Below, in pieces: positions 36,168-46,832 of a stretch of DNA of 64,000 bases; within the stretch, counting starts at the first letter, position 1; each line of letters starts with the position of its first letter. This DNA comes from Nanobdellota archaeon. GTDB taxonomy: Archaea; Nanobdellota; Nanobdellia; Pacearchaeales; GW2011-AR1. Both the position numbers and the translations under genes were made by a program. The notes beneath the pieces were generated by a model that worked only from the letters and a program-made list of their open reading frames with translations, was not told where the DNA came from and did not search any database. The DNA lies in the NCBI GenBank assembly GCA_038046245.1, contig JBBSWO010000006.1, positions 5,320-69,319 on the forward strand, written 5' to 3'.

Positions 36168-37133
36168 TCACACCCACTTCTTTCTTATAGGTTCAATTAT
36201 CTTCCAAAGGTAATCAACTACAGCATTCTTCAGGTCAAGGGGATGCAATTTCCCATGACTGTAAACCTTCTCCAATTCTTCATAGTTGTCAAACTCCAAA
36301 TTTCCACCAAACTTTTCAGGTCTTTTAATCTCAAAATTTTCAAACCTTGGAAAAATTATCAATTTTGAAATTTGTAGTAGGGGATTATCTTTGATTTCTT
36401 TTTCAGGACAATATGCATCTTTTATTGTTTTTTTTATTTCTTCTAAAGAATCAGTTATGCTAATTCCTGAACCAGGGATGCTCTTGGACATTTTTTGCCC
36501 AGGCCCTTTTAAAGAAGTTATTAATGGAGTGTGTAAGGCAACGAATTCGTAATTCAAAGTCTTTGCCATATCTTTTCCGATCATATGAACTTTTCTCTGT
36601 TCCATTCCTCCCAAAGCGACGTCTACTTTCAAATGTTTTATATCAACAACCTGCATTAAAGGATACCACAATTGGGAAATTGTCGCATTCTCGACATCCC
36701 TTGCAATTTCCTGCATGCTTCTTAAGCCTCGGTTTATGGTAGAATTCTGTGCAAGTTTCATTACGTCCAACTGATAATCTTTATTGAACTGAAAATCACT
36801 TCCCAAAACAATTTCGGCTTTGACACCAATTGCCTTCAAAGTTTTTCTCCAATTGTCTACTTCTTTTTTTATCTCAGACTCTTGGCCTTTCCTGTTGAGC
36901 AAGGCATGAATATCTGCCAATAGTATCACAACATCAAACCCTGCCTTCTGCAAGTCCATCAGTTTTGTTATCGTGACAAAATGCCCCAGATGTAAAGGCC
37001 CGTTAGGTTCATAGCCACAATATACTCTTGGGGTTTTCTTCTTCTTCAAAACTTCTTTTAAAGAATCTAAGCTGACAATTTCTTCAGTGTTTTTCTTTAT
37101 TAGCTCAATCTTTTCTTCACTATTCATCGCCAT
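36168..37133 (-). CDS. tyrS: tyrosyl-tRNA synthetase (archaeal type)
   Basis: YCGYEPNGPLHLGH (HIGH), KMSKS, 321 aa. Confidence 0.85.
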   Translation of the reverse strand: MAMNSEEKIELIKKNTEEIVSLDSLKEVLKKKKTPRVYCGYEPNGPLHLGHFVTITKLMDLQKAGFDVVILLADIHALLNRKGQESEIKKEVDNWRKTLKAIGVKAEIVLGSDFQFNKDYQLDVMKLAQNSTINRGLRSMQEIARDVENATISQLWYPLMQVVDIKHLKVDVALGGMEQRKVHMIGKDMAKTLNYEFVALHTPLITSLKGPGQKMSKSIPGSGISITDSLEEIKKTIKDAYCPEKEIKDNPLLQISKLIIFPRFENFEIKRPEKFGGNLEFDNYEELEKVYSHGKLHPLDLKNAVVDYLWKIIEPIRKKWV

Positions 37134-37207
37134 AAAAAAAATAACTCTTTTTAGTTATTAAAACTTTCCACCCAAACAATTATAAATTTTCATTGCCAAA
37201 GCAAATT

Positions 37208-38008
37208 ATGCTTAGACTTATTTTTAACCCAAAAAAAGCAGAGAGACATCCCATGGAAGTTTTTTTCTTGGCAATAGTTTACTCCTCATTTTCAATTCTG
37301 TTTGCATTATGGATATTTCCAAGCTATGCTTCCATAGCAATGATATTCCTCACGGTGTTCTCTTGTCTTTATCTTATTCAGAGAGCAATAAACATAGAAG
37401 AAAAGAAAGAGGCTAACAAGCCAGAAAAATCTTTATTGAAAGAGCACTCCAAACTTATTTCTTTATTGTTCTTTTTATTTTTAGGCTTCACAGTTTCATT
37501 CACATTATGGAGTTTCTTACTGCCGGTTGAAAAAGCTTCCAGCCTTTTTTCATTCCAAGAGACAACAGTCCAAGGAATAAGGGCAGCAATAGTTGGATCA
37601 TTCTCATCCTCTTCAACATTTATGGCGATTCTTTTCAACAATCTGAAAGTCCTTCTTATTTCTCTGATATTCGCAGTGTTTTATGGGGCGGGTGCAATGT
37701 ATGTTTTGGTTTGGAATGCCAGCGTCATGGGTTTTGTGATAGGTAATCTCGCAAGAAACACACTAGGAATATCGGCCTTGCCCATTTCTTTTGCTAAATA
37801 TTTCATCCACGGTATTCCGGAAATGCTAGCATACTTAGTGACTGCACTCGCAGGGGGTTTGATATACTCTGCAATTTGGCGAGGCAATCTAAAGACGGAA
37901 GAAAAGAAGAAAAAACTAATGATAGACGTGCTCATACTTGTGGCCGCATCAATCTTTATACTTATAATCGCCGGACTTATTGAAATTTATATCTCACCAT
38001 ATATTTAA
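37208..38008 (+). CDS. SpoIIM-like (DUF95) membrane protein
   Basis: polytopic, IHGIPEMLAYL motif. Confidence 0.5.
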   Translation: MLRLIFNPKKAERHPMEVFFLAIVYSSFSILFALWIFPSYASIAMIFLTVFSCLYLIQRAINIEEKKEANKPEKSLLKEHSKLISLLFFLFLGFTVSFTLWSFLLPVEKASSLFSFQETTVQGIRAAIVGSFSSSSTFMAILFNNLKVLLISLIFAVFYGAGAMYVLVWNASVMGFVIGNLARNTLGISALPISFAKYFIHGIPEMLAYLVTALAGGLIYSAIWRGNLKTEEKKKKLMIDVLILVAASIFILIIAGLIEIYISPYI

Positions 38009-38023
38009 AATTTATAAAAGATT

Positions 38024-38872
38024 ATGAAAAAAACAGTAATAGGATTTATATTTAAAGGTAAATACCTCGGAAAGGACGAAGAAACTTTTCTGAAAATTGC
38101 AAAAGATAAAAACGTTGAAGTAGTTTTCTTCGATTTAACTAAAGATTTAGACATAAAAGAACTTAAAGATAGATTAAAAAAATGTGACATAGTATACAAT
38201 AATAGTGCTGAAGATTTTTCTATAGAATTTGAAAAGACAATCGAAGGACTTGGCAAAAAAGTTATAGATTCAACAAAATCCCATTATAAAACAGAAGATA
38301 AGTGGTTTTTTTATTTAAAGTGTGTTGAACACAAAATCCCCACGCCAGAAACTATCCTCCTCTCAGAAAACATAAAAATTGCAGAAGGAGAATTGAGCCG
38401 ATTCAGAAGATGGCCAGTAATATTAAAAAGAGTTGAAGGAACTTGTGGGGAATTTGTAGAGAAAGCCGAAAACATAAAAGAATCCACAAGAATAATAAAA
38501 AAATGGAAAAAAGAAAATTCATACATCCCTATAATAGCCCAGGAGTTTATAAAATCGCCGAGCTATAGGGTTACCACGATAGGCAAAAAAATTGTGCAAA
38601 CAGCATTGAAGCAAAGTAAAGGATGGAAAGCTACAGGAGTCTATGCCAAAAATATTGGAAAATTTGATCTAGATAAGAATCTAGTAGACATAGTAAAAAA
38701 GATAAACAATTTTTCCGGGATAAAAATTTGCGGTATTGACTTTCTTAAAAAAAATGGTGAATGGCTCGCACTTGAGATAAACTCTGCTCCTGGTTTTGAT
38801 TTTTTTGAGTCAGAAAGAAAAAAATTACTCGGCGAGGTTCTGGATTTTCTTAAAAAAGAGGCAAAGCACTAA
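38024..38872 (+). CDS. ATP-grasp ligase, RimK-like
   Basis: ILKRVEGTCGEFV, GIDFLKKNGEWLALEINSAPGF. Confidence 0.6.
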   Translation: MKKTVIGFIFKGKYLGKDEETFLKIAKDKNVEVVFFDLTKDLDIKELKDRLKKCDIVYNNSAEDFSIEFEKTIEGLGKKVIDSTKSHYKTEDKWFFYLKCVEHKIPTPETILLSENIKIAEGELSRFRRWPVILKRVEGTCGEFVEKAENIKESTRIIKKWKKENSYIPIIAQEFIKSPSYRVTTIGKKIVQTALKQSKGWKATGVYAKNIGKFDLDKNLVDIVKKINNFSGIKICGIDFLKKNGEWLALEINSAPGFDFFESERKKLLGEVLDFLKKEAKH

Positions 38873-39621
38873 TCATTATATATTTTCTCTACCTTTTTTA
38901 TTTCATCAAGATTTATTTTTGCAACTATCAACCCCTCTCTGCCGACTATTTTCTTAAGTATTTTATGCGGACCCGCTATAGCTGAATATGAAACCTGAAA
39001 CTTAGAGTCTACAACAGGATTGCATAACGCAACAAAATAAATATTTTCAAACGCTCTTGCCATTATAAGAGACTCTAAAAGTTTTTCCTCCATGGCTTTA
39101 GGATTTTCTTTGTGGGCTCTGGATTCATACTCCCATTGTGACGGGCAAAAGACTATCTCTGCTCCAGCTTGTTTGAGTTTCCTAAACATCTGCGGGAATG
39201 CCAAATCCCAGCATATGACTATGCCTATTTTCGCGAACTCTGTCTTGAAAATTTTCACTCTTGAGCCTGGATCAACCTTGTCTCCATAAAGATGTATCTT
39301 TTTGTAATCGCCTTTTATGTTTCCTTCCCGATCTATCAAAATCGCAGTATTGTATTTTTTCTTTCTTATCTCCAAATCTTCGGTTATTATGCACCATATC
39401 GAATTTTTTTTGCATTCTTCCTTTATCTCTCTTATCAAAGTGTCATTAAAATAAAGAGTCTCGTTCTTATGCACGCATGACTCTGGAAAACAGACTATAT
39501 CTGCCCTCAATTTTTTTGCCTTCCTTATGTAACTCTTTATTTTTTCAACATTATTTCTTCTGGAGATATCGAAGTATTTTATTTGCGCGATGGCGATCTT
39601 GGGATATTTGTGGTTTTTCAT
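38869..39621 (-). CDS. carbon-nitrogen hydrolase (nitrilase superfamily)
   Basis: E-K-C triad contexts CFPES, YKKIHLY, VICWDLAFP. Confidence 0.75.
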   Translation of the reverse strand: MKNHKYPKIAIAQIKYFDISRRNNVEKIKSYIRKAKKLRADIVCFPESCVHKNETLYFNDTLIREIKEECKKNSIWCIITEDLEIRKKKYNTAILIDREGNIKGDYKKIHLYGDKVDPGSRVKIFKTEFAKIGIVICWDLAFPQMFRKLKQAGAEIVFCPSQWEYESRAHKENPKAMEEKLLESLIMARAFENIYFVALCNPVVDSKFQVSYSAIAGPHKILKKIVGREGLIVAKINLDEIKKVEKIYND

Positions 39622-39699
39622 TTTGCTAGTCTACCTGTATAAACACGGTTTATAAAAGTTACTAATCTTTTTAAAGGATTATAAGCCTAATATTGATAA

Positions 39700-40884
39700 A
39701 TGCTATTTGAATTGTTTTTGGCCCTAATTGCGGGCCTTATAGCGGGAACGATAACTGGCTTACTCCCAGGAATACACATAAACCTTGTTGGAGCAATCCT
39801 TGTTTCTTTATCCATAGGCATCCTTGCCCCTATAAACCCCATCTTTCTGGTCGTATTTGTTGTAACAATGTCTATCACCCACACTTTCACAGACTTCATT
39901 CCGTCAGTGTTTCTTGGTTGCCCAGATACCGACACGGCCCTTTCAGTTTTACCAGGCCACGAAATGCTGAAAGAAGGAAAAGGTTATGAAGCGATAATGC
40001 TCGCAATTTATGGAGGATTGATTGCTGTTTTCCTCTTAGTGTTGACTTCCATCCCATTAGTCTTGTTTGTAGAAAGAGGATATAACCTGATAAAAAATTT
40101 CATCCCATATGTGTTGATATTCGTGGTTTTGTTTATGGTTTTGTCAGAAAGGAAAAAAGTCTCCGCACTCTGGGTAATACTTCTCACAGGAGTTTTAGGT
40201 TACATGGCCTTAAATCTGGACACGAAAGAATCTTTGCTTCCATTATTGTCAGGATTGTTCGGAGCATCTTCATTGATAATCTCTATAAAGACGAAAGTAA
40301 AAATTCCAAAACAAAAAATCTCCTTAGCAAAGCCAAAATTCTTAAAGCCAATCTTGGCAGCAATGATTGCCTCTCCTCTTTGTGGATTTCTTCCTGGCTT
40401 GGGAAGCAGTCAGGCGGCAACCGTGGGAAATACAATAATCGGTTCCGACAAAAAAGGATTCTTGACTCTTATAGGGGCAACAAATACTTTGGTTATGGGG
40501 TTTTCTTTCATCTCCCTCTACACAATCCACAAAGTGAGAACAGGTTCGGCGGCAACAATAAACAATCTTATTGGAGCTTTGGATAAAGATATCTTAATTC
40601 TTATTATAGCAACTTGTTTGATAGTGGGCATAATCTCTTTCTTCTGGACATCTTTCTTGGCAAAAAGATTTATAAAAATATTTGAAAAAATAAATTATTC
40701 TAAACTCCAATATTTAGTTTTAGGATTTGTAACATTAGTTGTGATTCTATTTTCAGGATTCCTAGGATTCATTATTTTCGCAGTTGCAACCTTAACTGGA
40801 TTCTATTGCATCTCCTTGGGCGTAAGAAGGACGAACATGATGGCCTGTTTATTGATCCCAACAATAATCCTATATTTATTTTAG
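39700..40884 (+). CDS. TctA-like (DUF112) membrane transporter subunit
   Basis: GLLPGIHINL and GFLPGLGSSQAA repeats, >=9 TM. Confidence 0.55.
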   Translation: MLFELFLALIAGLIAGTITGLLPGIHINLVGAILVSLSIGILAPINPIFLVVFVVTMSITHTFTDFIPSVFLGCPDTDTALSVLPGHEMLKEGKGYEAIMLAIYGGLIAVFLLVLTSIPLVLFVERGYNLIKNFIPYVLIFVVLFMVLSERKKVSALWVILLTGVLGYMALNLDTKESLLPLLSGLFGASSLIISIKTKVKIPKQKISLAKPKFLKPILAAMIASPLCGFLPGLGSSQAATVGNTIIGSDKKGFLTLIGATNTLVMGFSFISLYTIHKVRTGSAATINNLIGALDKDILILIIATCLIVGIISFFWTSFLAKRFIKIFEKINYSKLQYLVLGFVTLVVILFSGFLGFIIFAVATLTGFYCISLGVRRTNMMACLLIPTIILYLF

Positions 40885-40886
40885 GA

Positions 40887-43800
40887 CTACTTCAACCAAT
40901 CAGCCATTGTCTTTTGTTTTTCAAGTTCTTTTCCAAAAATGCTATCAATGTAACTTTTTATGAGCTCCAAGTTTTGTTTTATATACGGAGAAAGTTCATA
41001 TTTCTTTGCCAATTCAAGAGCAGGATCAAGATATTTCTTTATTCCCCCCTCGTTGACTGTAAATATTAATTTTCCCCCGCACATTCTGCAATTTCCCTTC
41101 AATGGCGGCCTCCTGTAAATTTCATTGCACGACACGCATCTAAAACTCTGCATTGAAAAATTCCTAAGATTACCTTTAAGGTCTTTTATGAAATGTCTTT
41201 CTATGATTAGTCTAGCAGTATCAGAAGTGTCCACAGCCCTTATTTTTTCCACGAGATTCATTTGATGCTCGACCTTATCTTTCATAGTGGCCAAAGTTTT
41301 ATAACTAGAACACAAAACCCCATCATTAAAATTAGAGGTGTTATGAGTGAAAAATAAATGAGTGAATGGGTCTCCTTCTCCTCTTAAGATATCTCTTATC
41401 ATCTTAATCTTTATTTTAGAAGAATGCTCTTTTCTCTCTGCAGCCTCATAAAGTTCCAAAGGGTATTCTTCCACTATCTCCAAGTCCAATATCTGTTCAT
41501 CAACCTCACCAGCATCCATTTTTGCATTCAAAACTAAAGGAGCATCTTGTGTTCCGCCTCTGTGGTCAGGCAGAAATTTCCTTGAAAAATTTAAAAGAAC
41601 ATCAGAAAGAAGCATTATTGCTGCTTCATCTCCATCACAATCCCTTCTTATGGCGGCATGCATAAATGGGCTTGCCATGAGCCCTAAAGTGTTAGAAAAA
41701 CCAATAAATCGGCATATAACTCCTGCGCAATTATGGGGAGCCATACAAACACCGATCTGCCCAACTAAGTCTTCTTTTTTATGGATGTTATGGAAACTTT
41801 TCAAATTATAAAATCGCTCTAGCTCTTCATCAATAAAGTCACATATTCTCATGAAAACATCATCAGCTCTCTCATCTAATGAATCCTGACAGCTCGGCAA
41901 CAAAATATCATGAGGTTTTAATTCCAAAATTTGATCCTCACTCTCAAGAGAGTTGCCAAAAATATCCTCAGCATAACCCAACTCCTTAAGTTTTTCTACA
42001 CTCACAGAAACTTCTTTAGGTTTAAACGCAACCAGTGGCAATTCAGTTATGTCATATCTGATAGTGCCGTCCTTATTCACCTGAAGATCATACTTGGCCC
42101 TAAGAAATCCTTTAGCCAAGTTTTCAACGCTTTTATCGCTAGAACTCAAACCTCTTATTCCTTTAATTAATACAGGAATCTCGTCCTTAGAAAGTTTAAT
42201 TTTTTGAATCGCAGCAGCATAGTAATGATTTATATCCAAATCTTGGGTTGAATACGGGACTCCCTTTTTTTCAGAACCACTTACGTGGCTAGAAAAACTC
42301 TTTTCTTTTGTTTCATAGAAAAAAAACTGCTTAACGCATTTACTTCCACAGATGTCACATGAAGGATAAATCCCCTCTTTCTGACAGGCTTGACAGTAAA
42401 ATAAAGGAAAGGAACTTCTTACTTTTCCAGCATTACAGGCCTCAGACACACTTCTCAATCTTCCCCCTTCGCTACCTACAGGAAACAAAACATTTGGACT
42501 TCCCGTCAATTTTCTGAGCTTCGCTTTTTCAGGTCTTCCCATCCTTGTGCCTATAAATTCTCCAGCCTTGTCTTTTATTCTAGCTTTTGAAACAGAATTA
42601 ATCGCATCGAAGGGAGATTTTTCAAAATCATAAATTTCAAGATTCACTTCTTCCTTCAAAGTGTTTTTATTAACTAAAATTTCTGCACCAATCCCAAGAT
42701 TAAAAAGCAAAGCCTTGCTGGTTTCTTTTTCAATTACCACATTTTCCGTTGTGACTTCATGCTCAACACCCAAAATCTCCAGAGCTCTCTTACCCACAGC
42801 AAACTTTTCCTGGTCTTTCTTTGTAAATGGAAAAATTATTTTTTCCTCAAACTTAGCGAATTTAAGCCATTCTATTAGGTCTTTAAATTCGTCCTTAGAT
42901 ATCTGTGTCCAGTAAAAAATAAATTTTGGATGTAATGGAATTCCATAAGTCTCACTGATTTTTACAGCCTCATCAAAAGAGACGTTTAAATGATTTATGT
43001 TTTTTTCAAATTCTGGATTCGCCTTCCTTAAGTCCAGCTTCCACCATTCTTCTACATAACCTGGAGTAATTAGCTCCGCATTCCTATTAGCTAAATCTCC
43101 AAAAGGAAAAAGTATATCTCCAAGGTATATTATTTCTTCAACGTCAGGATAAATCCTTTTTGCATCTTCTTTGGTATTCACTTTTTTTACGCTGCCACTA
43201 AACAGCTTTACAATTGGACCGTCAATTCCATCACAGCTTGTTACTGCACACCCCTTTGTTGGTTTTTCAATCTTTAATTGTGTGCCTATCGCGATAAATC
43301 CCTCAGTTATTCCCATCGTCGCGGGATGTATCGAAGTCGCACTGAATCCATTAGTCCTACAACGCCCGTATCTGAATCTAAACCCTCCGCTTCTGCCGGG
43401 ATGCCCGAATACCGGTCTACCTGCAACTAAATCTTTTATGTAAGTTGGAGAATCGTCCGACTTTCCCTTTTCTCTTTTGTCATGAATTTTAAGATACTCT
43501 TCCAAAAAATCCCAGGCAGTTAGTTTAAACCCTTTAGCACGTAAAGCGGTGACGTACCTTTTTATTTTCGGGGCTTTCTGAGCGATACCTTCGCCGATAA
43601 CAAGACAGAATCCGCTTCTCAAAAAATTTGTGCCGATTCTGTCCAGATTTTTATAATTCGAAACTTCAATTTTTTCAGATTGCTCTCCATTAACCTGAAT
43701 CGGAATTTTTTTGGCTAAAAACATCATTTCTTCTTCTGTAGGCATGTACTGAAGATTGGTAATTCTTTCATGATAGTCTGTGAGTTCTGTCACTGTTCTT

Positions 43801-44360
43801 TTTATTTCGTCTTCAGTCGGATCATATTTTTCAAAACCAAAAATTTCTCTAAGATGATCTATGATAACAAGAGAAAAGGCCTCGCCGGTTCCACCCGCAC
43901 TTCTTACAGGCCCAGAGAAATAAGCAGACAAATAATCTTTTCCATCTCTTGTCTTAACAATTTTAATTTCTGTCAGCCCTTCAATCGGGGAAGAAACTAC
44001 ACCAAGAGTAATATAAGCAAAACCGATTCTTGCGCCGGCATCTATAGATTCCAAAATGCTGGAAAATTTGCAAAATTTCTGTTTGGCCACTTCTTCAGCG
44101 ATTTGTAAGCAAACAGCGGGATCCAGCTTGCCGTATTCTTTTTCTAAATCCAAAATTCTTTTAGCTATGCCGCTTCCTTCCATTTGGGGGTAAATTGTTG
44201 ATATAAGCCCAACTACTTTTTCAGCCATTGACATAGCCAGAGGGATTTCAACTTTGTCGACAGGATCCAAGCCTTTGGCTCTTGCAGCCTCGGCAACTTC
44301 ATAAACTTTCTTGACCTCTCTCTCGATATGCTTGAAATACTGTTGTGTGTTCATTCTCAA
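40887..44360 (-). CDS. DNA polymerase II (PolD) large subunit DP2
   Basis: 1157 aa, zinc clusters (CQACQ..CDICG; CVSCN..CRMCGG), conserved DP2 blocks; operon with DP1. Confidence 0.9.
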   Translation of the reverse strand: MRMNTQQYFKHIEREVKKVYEVAEAARAKGLDPVDKVEIPLAMSMAEKVVGLISTIYPQMEGSGIAKRILDLEKEYGKLDPAVCLQIAEEVAKQKFCKFSSILESIDAGARIGFAYITLGVVSSPIEGLTEIKIVKTRDGKDYLSAYFSGPVRSAGGTGEAFSLVIIDHLREIFGFEKYDPTEDEIKRTVTELTDYHERITNLQYMPTEEEMMFLAKKIPIQVNGEQSEKIEVSNYKNLDRIGTNFLRSGFCLVIGEGIAQKAPKIKRYVTALRAKGFKLTAWDFLEEYLKIHDKREKGKSDDSPTYIKDLVAGRPVFGHPGRSGGFRFRYGRCRTNGFSATSIHPATMGITEGFIAIGTQLKIEKPTKGCAVTSCDGIDGPIVKLFSGSVKKVNTKEDAKRIYPDVEEIIYLGDILFPFGDLANRNAELITPGYVEEWWKLDLRKANPEFEKNINHLNVSFDEAVKISETYGIPLHPKFIFYWTQISKDEFKDLIEWLKFAKFEEKIIFPFTKKDQEKFAVGKRALEILGVEHEVTTENVVIEKETSKALLFNLGIGAEILVNKNTLKEEVNLEIYDFEKSPFDAINSVSKARIKDKAGEFIGTRMGRPEKAKLRKLTGSPNVLFPVGSEGGRLRSVSEACNAGKVRSSFPLFYCQACQKEGIYPSCDICGSKCVKQFFFYETKEKSFSSHVSGSEKKGVPYSTQDLDINHYYAAAIQKIKLSKDEIPVLIKGIRGLSSSDKSVENLAKGFLRAKYDLQVNKDGTIRYDITELPLVAFKPKEVSVSVEKLKELGYAEDIFGNSLESEDQILELKPHDILLPSCQDSLDERADDVFMRICDFIDEELERFYNLKSFHNIHKKEDLVGQIGVCMAPHNCAGVICRFIGFSNTLGLMASPFMHAAIRRDCDGDEAAIMLLSDVLLNFSRKFLPDHRGGTQDAPLVLNAKMDAGEVDEQILDLEIVEEYPLELYEAAERKEHSSKIKIKMIRDILRGEGDPFTHLFFTHNTSNFNDGVLCSSYKTLATMKDKVEHQMNLVEKIRAVDTSDTARLIIERHFIKDLKGNLRNFSMQSFRCVSCNEIYRRPPLKGNCRMCGGKLIFTVNEGGIKKYLDPALELAKKYELSPYIKQNLELIKSYIDSIFGKELEKQKTMADWLK

Positions 44361-45274
44361 TTGTTTCCAATATAAAATTTATTTGCAAGATAATTTCTTA
44401 AAACTTTACCACTAGGAAAGTAAATCTTTTCGGGAAGATTATTCAAGTCAAACCATTTCCATTCAGTTATTTCATCTGGCTCCATGACTTTAGGGTCTCC
44501 TTCAAATTCTTCCACCAAAAGTCCTGCAGTTATAAAATGCGCTGTTTCGGTCGTATCATTATTAAAACAAATTACCTTAAGTTTTGTTACATTTATCCCA
44601 GTTTCTTCTTTCACCTCTCTAATCCCACACTCTTCAAATTTTTCATGAAAATCCAATTTACCTCCGGGCATAGTCCATGTTCCACTACCATGCAAAGCAG
44701 AATCGGCTTTTGTTGGATCTTCGTGTCTCTTTCCAAGTAAGATTTTTCCATTTCTTAAAAGTATTACTCCGACTCCAGCCCCAATTTTTTTCTTAACCTC
44801 TTTCTTTGCCCACTCCCCAACTTTCTCCCCCTTTAAAATTTTATCCAACATAACCAACTCTTCATAAATTCCTTCTATTAAATCATAATTTTCGGCTTCG
44901 CCTAAATCAACCCAAGCATAATCAACAGATTCTTCATTCAATACAACTTCCCCATTATCCCAATTAGTGTATAGGCTAACAATCAAGCACGGATCTTCAC
45001 CTTTCAAAAAAGTCATGCTTGTTAAATATTTTATATTAGAAACATCCAAGCCAACTTCTTCTTGAACTTCTCGTCTAAGAACTTTCTCAAAAATATTGTA
45101 CCAATGATCTTTTGTGTCTTTAGGCAAATCAATATAATCACTAACTTCCAAATTTCCACCAGGAACAGTCCATTTTCCAGGAAAAGCTTTTTTCGTCAAA
45201 GGTCTTTTAGTAATTAGGTACTTTCCATCTTTTATTATAATTCCAGTCACCATTATGTAATGTTTGTTATCCAT
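44357..45274 (-). CDS. tandem double-Nudix hydrolase
   Basis: second box canonical GGKLDFHEKFEECGIREVKEETGI; first box REVQEEVGL with an insertion after GGNLE. Confidence 0.75.
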   Translation of the reverse strand: MDNKHYIMVTGIIIKDGKYLITKRPLTKKAFPGKWTVPGGNLEVSDYIDLPKDTKDHWYNIFEKVLRREVQEEVGLDVSNIKYLTSMTFLKGEDPCLIVSLYTNWDNGEVVLNEESVDYAWVDLGEAENYDLIEGIYEELVMLDKILKGEKVGEWAKKEVKKKIGAGVGVILLRNGKILLGKRHEDPTKADSALHGSGTWTMPGGKLDFHEKFEECGIREVKEETGINVTKLKVICFNNDTTETAHFITAGLLVEEFEGDPKVMEPDEITEWKWFDLNNLPEKIYFPSGKVLRNYLANKFYIGNN

Positions 45275-45276
45275 TT

Positions 45277-46827
45277 TTATTCAAAATCCAAAATTTTTAC
45301 AGCCCTCGTCTTCAAATTTACTAAAGGGACTTTACAATGATCCGGAAGATTTCCCATTTTTTCCTGGTATGAGGTAAGCGTTTCCCAACAAGAGCAAGAA
45401 ATTATAAGCACATTGTTGAAATAGGTAACCCCACTTTTGTGTGTATGCCCAGAAACAAAAATGTCTGGGATCTCCCTTATCATATGAGCATCTTTATTTG
45501 GAAAATATTGTGTCGAACCGTGGGTTGGGGCCAAATGCCTGTGCTTAAGGAGATACTCCATAATTTTCTCAGGATAGTTCATTGCTTTCATTTTCATGAG
45601 TCTCGGTACACTATTGGCATAAAAGGGATAAGAATGCCCGTGATAAGACAAAACTTTAATCCCAGAAAAATCTTTTCTTACCCCTATGCTAGTTAAAGCA
45701 GGGTTTTCTGTGAGAATAACATTATCCATTTGGTGCAAAGCCCATGCATGTTTCTCGTCATAAAGAGGTTGAGGTTCCATTATTCTTACTCCCTCGTGAT
45801 CTCCTGTCGAAACTATTAGAGTTATTCTTTTGGGGATTTTTCCAAGAAGTTCCGCAATCCCCGTATACTGATCTTCCAAATCAACAACAGTCAGATCTCT
45901 TTCTTGATTCGGATAAACACCAACTCCAGCAACCAAATCTCCAATAAAGAAAATATATTTTATTTTTGCAACTTCAGGATCGTCGCTGTTTAAGTATTCA
46001 ATAAACCTCATGAAATTGTTCTTCATGAAATTTTTTCCGCCATAGTGAACATCACTTACAAACAAAGCATATTCTTCGATAAGAGACTTCCTTTTCTCAA
46101 GAAGCATCGCCTCAGGAAAAATTATATCATTAACAAAAAGCATCTCCCTACTGCCAGAGCATTTAAATCCTATAACAGAATCCAACGCAATTTCCTCAGC
46201 CTTTTTTAAAAGCTCTGCCTTGTCTTTATTTATCAAGACCTTTGTTGTTCCAGTAGAATCTTCAATATCTAAGATGATATTCTGATTTTTGGTAGCCCTT
46301 TTATCATAAACCATTCCAATAACAGATATTCCATGTCTGACTCCAGAAATCTTGTCTATCGAAACTAAATTTTCAAGGAGAGGATGGTCCTGCAAAAATC
46401 CTTTCATCTCGGAAAATCTTCCTCTAAAATAATTAACAAAATCTCCAGCCCCAAACTTCTTGCCCAAAGCACCGCTCAAAGATAAAATTTTTACCTCGCC
46501 TTTGCTGTCATCATCTTCAGAAATTGTTTTCTCTGCAGAAACTGAGACTTCTTTAGAAATTTCTATGCTTAACCCAAGTTTTATTTTCAGCTTCTCCAAT
46601 TTTTGTTGGTTCTCTTCGGGGAGTGTTAAAAAAAATTCTCCGGCTTTATCTTGGTTTTGGACAAAAAGGTCTTTTGTTATTATTTTTTTCTGGGTGTGAA
46701 GTTTTATTCTTTCAATCATCAGCTTAACAGAATCTATATCAGACTCACCACTAAGCATGTTTAAGACTTCCTGATCGACTAAGAATCCTCTCTCTAGACA
46801 AAACTTCAATATTTCTTTTGCATCCAT
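45277..46827 (-). CDS. DNA polymerase II (PolD) small subunit DP1
   Basis: OB region plus calcineurin-like phosphoesterase motifs (VSDVHYG, GDLVAGVG, GDHEG, GHTH). Confidence 0.88.
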   Translation of the reverse strand: MDAKEILKFCLERGFLVDQEVLNMLSGESDIDSVKLMIERIKLHTQKKIITKDLFVQNQDKAGEFFLTLPEENQQKLEKLKIKLGLSIEISKEVSVSAEKTISEDDDSKGEVKILSLSGALGKKFGAGDFVNYFRGRFSEMKGFLQDHPLLENLVSIDKISGVRHGISVIGMVYDKRATKNQNIILDIEDSTGTTKVLINKDKAELLKKAEEIALDSVIGFKCSGSREMLFVNDIIFPEAMLLEKRKSLIEEYALFVSDVHYGGKNFMKNNFMRFIEYLNSDDPEVAKIKYIFFIGDLVAGVGVYPNQERDLTVVDLEDQYTGIAELLGKIPKRITLIVSTGDHEGVRIMEPQPLYDEKHAWALHQMDNVILTENPALTSIGVRKDFSGIKVLSYHGHSYPFYANSVPRLMKMKAMNYPEKIMEYLLKHRHLAPTHGSTQYFPNKDAHMIREIPDIFVSGHTHKSGVTYFNNVLIISCSCWETLTSYQEKMGNLPDHCKVPLVNLKTRAVKILDFE

Positions 46828-46832
46828 TTTGG

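Noticed and set aside
40887-44360. Intein in PolD DP2 (also checked RadA, Cdc6 and the Hef helicase)
   Set aside because: The lengths are in the intein-free range, and I saw no intein block (C/S...HN-C/S/T junctions with a LAGLIDADG insert) interrupting the conserved motifs.
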